From NCBI GenBank assembly GCA_026770705.1, contig JANJGN010000002.1:53010001-53074000 (forward strand): a stretch of 64,000 nt of DNA. The letters run 5' to 3'. This DNA comes from Isurus oxyrinchus (taxonomy: Eukaryota). The position numbers and the translations under genes were made by a program. The notes under the pieces are model-generated. The model made no database searches and was not told the origin of the DNA. It saw nothing but the letters and a program-made list of their open reading frames with translations. Positions within the stretch are counted from its first letter, which is position 1. Every line of letters begins with the position of its first letter. Positions 63,115 to 64,000 of the stretch are shown one piece after another.

Positions 63115-63550
63115 ATAGAATCACAGAATCACAGATTCACACAGTGCAGAAGAGGCCCTTCGGCCCATTGAGTCTGCACCGACACATGAGAAACACCTGA
63201 CCTACCTACCTAATCCCATTTACCAGCGCTTGGCCCGTAGTCTTGAATGTTACGATGCAGGGTCAACACTGATTTATGAAAGGGAAATCTGTTGGTTTTT
63301 TGAAATTGTAACTAGCAGGTTAGAGAACGGGGAAATCCGTGGATCTGTGTATATGGATTTTCGAAAATCTTTTGATAAGGTACCACATAATAGGCTATTA
63401 CAAAAAATTAGGGCTCATGGAATTGGGTGTAATATATTAGCATGGATTGAGGATTAGTTAACAGATGGAATACAGAAAGTAGGAATAAACAGATCATTTC
63501 CAGGTTGGCAGTCTGTAACTAGCCAAGGTACCACAAGGATCAGTGCTTGG
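63115..63550. mobile_element. Reverse CR1-tail SINE end followed by plus-strand CR1 RT fragment
   Basis: (agaatcac) repeats and ggcccttcggccc; VYMDFRKSFDKVPHNRLLQKIRAHGI and ggtaccacaaggatcagtgct (GVPQGSVL). Confidence 0.8.
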
Positions 63551-64000
63551 TGTTACGATCCCCATTGAGACCAATAACCTGAAAAGAAACACTGACTAAT
63601 TATTTTAATACATATTTAATTAAAGTTAGATCTTTGTGATCTTTGACGAAAAGAATCAATCGACAAGATTTCACTTCTTAAAACTTTTACTATAACAGGC
63701 AAACCCAAAATTGAGCATGCAATAACAGACAAGTGGTATTTCACTTGAAAAGAAGGATTTCACTTTAAAAAGCCAGTACAACAAAGATACATATTATGAA
63801 ATTACAAGTACTCACATTGTATTATGATGGTTTCTCATCCAAGTTAGACAGTATGAATTTCAAAGTGTCAAATGATAACACAGGATGTGTAATCAACACC
63901 CCACTTTACTTTGACAATTTTTGAACTTGTACAAGTCACATGATGAGCTCAACCATGTTTCTGTCTGTTTTTAAAAACAGCAAAAGCTGCTTGCAGAGAG
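63551..64000. mobile_element. Probable LTR start, running off the window
   Basis: Abrupt TGTTACGATCCC start interrupting the CR1; resembles the start of the 51147 LTR (TGTTTTGATCCC). Confidence 0.5.

Overview
This is eukaryotic, repeat-rich vertebrate DNA; the repeat content suggests a cartilaginous fish (inference). The only well-supported host gene is the 5' part of RPS6KC1 on the minus strand. It has six coding exons with canonical GT-AG boundaries (45167-45268, 44288-44323, 38461-38581, 16068-16183, 9323-9416, 4177-4236), encoding the PX domain and the following linker; the gene continues beyond the left edge. The rest is mostly transposable-element debris: CR1, L2, RTE and a second CR1/L2-group LINE, tRNA-derived SINEs, Penelope-like elements with a GIY-YIG ORF, several solo LTRs, a fragmented Gypsy provirus (56-62.5 kb), PIF/Harbinger transposase and Myb/SANT relics with a MITE family, and a hAT-like MITE. 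Most notable: (1) about nine copies of a minimal hammerhead-ribozyme motif at Penelope 3' termini, several forming 100-140 bp units with their own target-site duplications; (2) a Harbinger two-component cluster just upstream of the RPS6KC1 start; (3) a frame-preserving 60-nt RPS6KC1 exon; (4) a cleanly inverted segment inside an RTE LINE. Nearly all entries in the ORF track are chance ORFs or TE fragments. There are no prokaryotic features or CRISPR arrays. TE boundaries are approximate unless a TSD is quoted.
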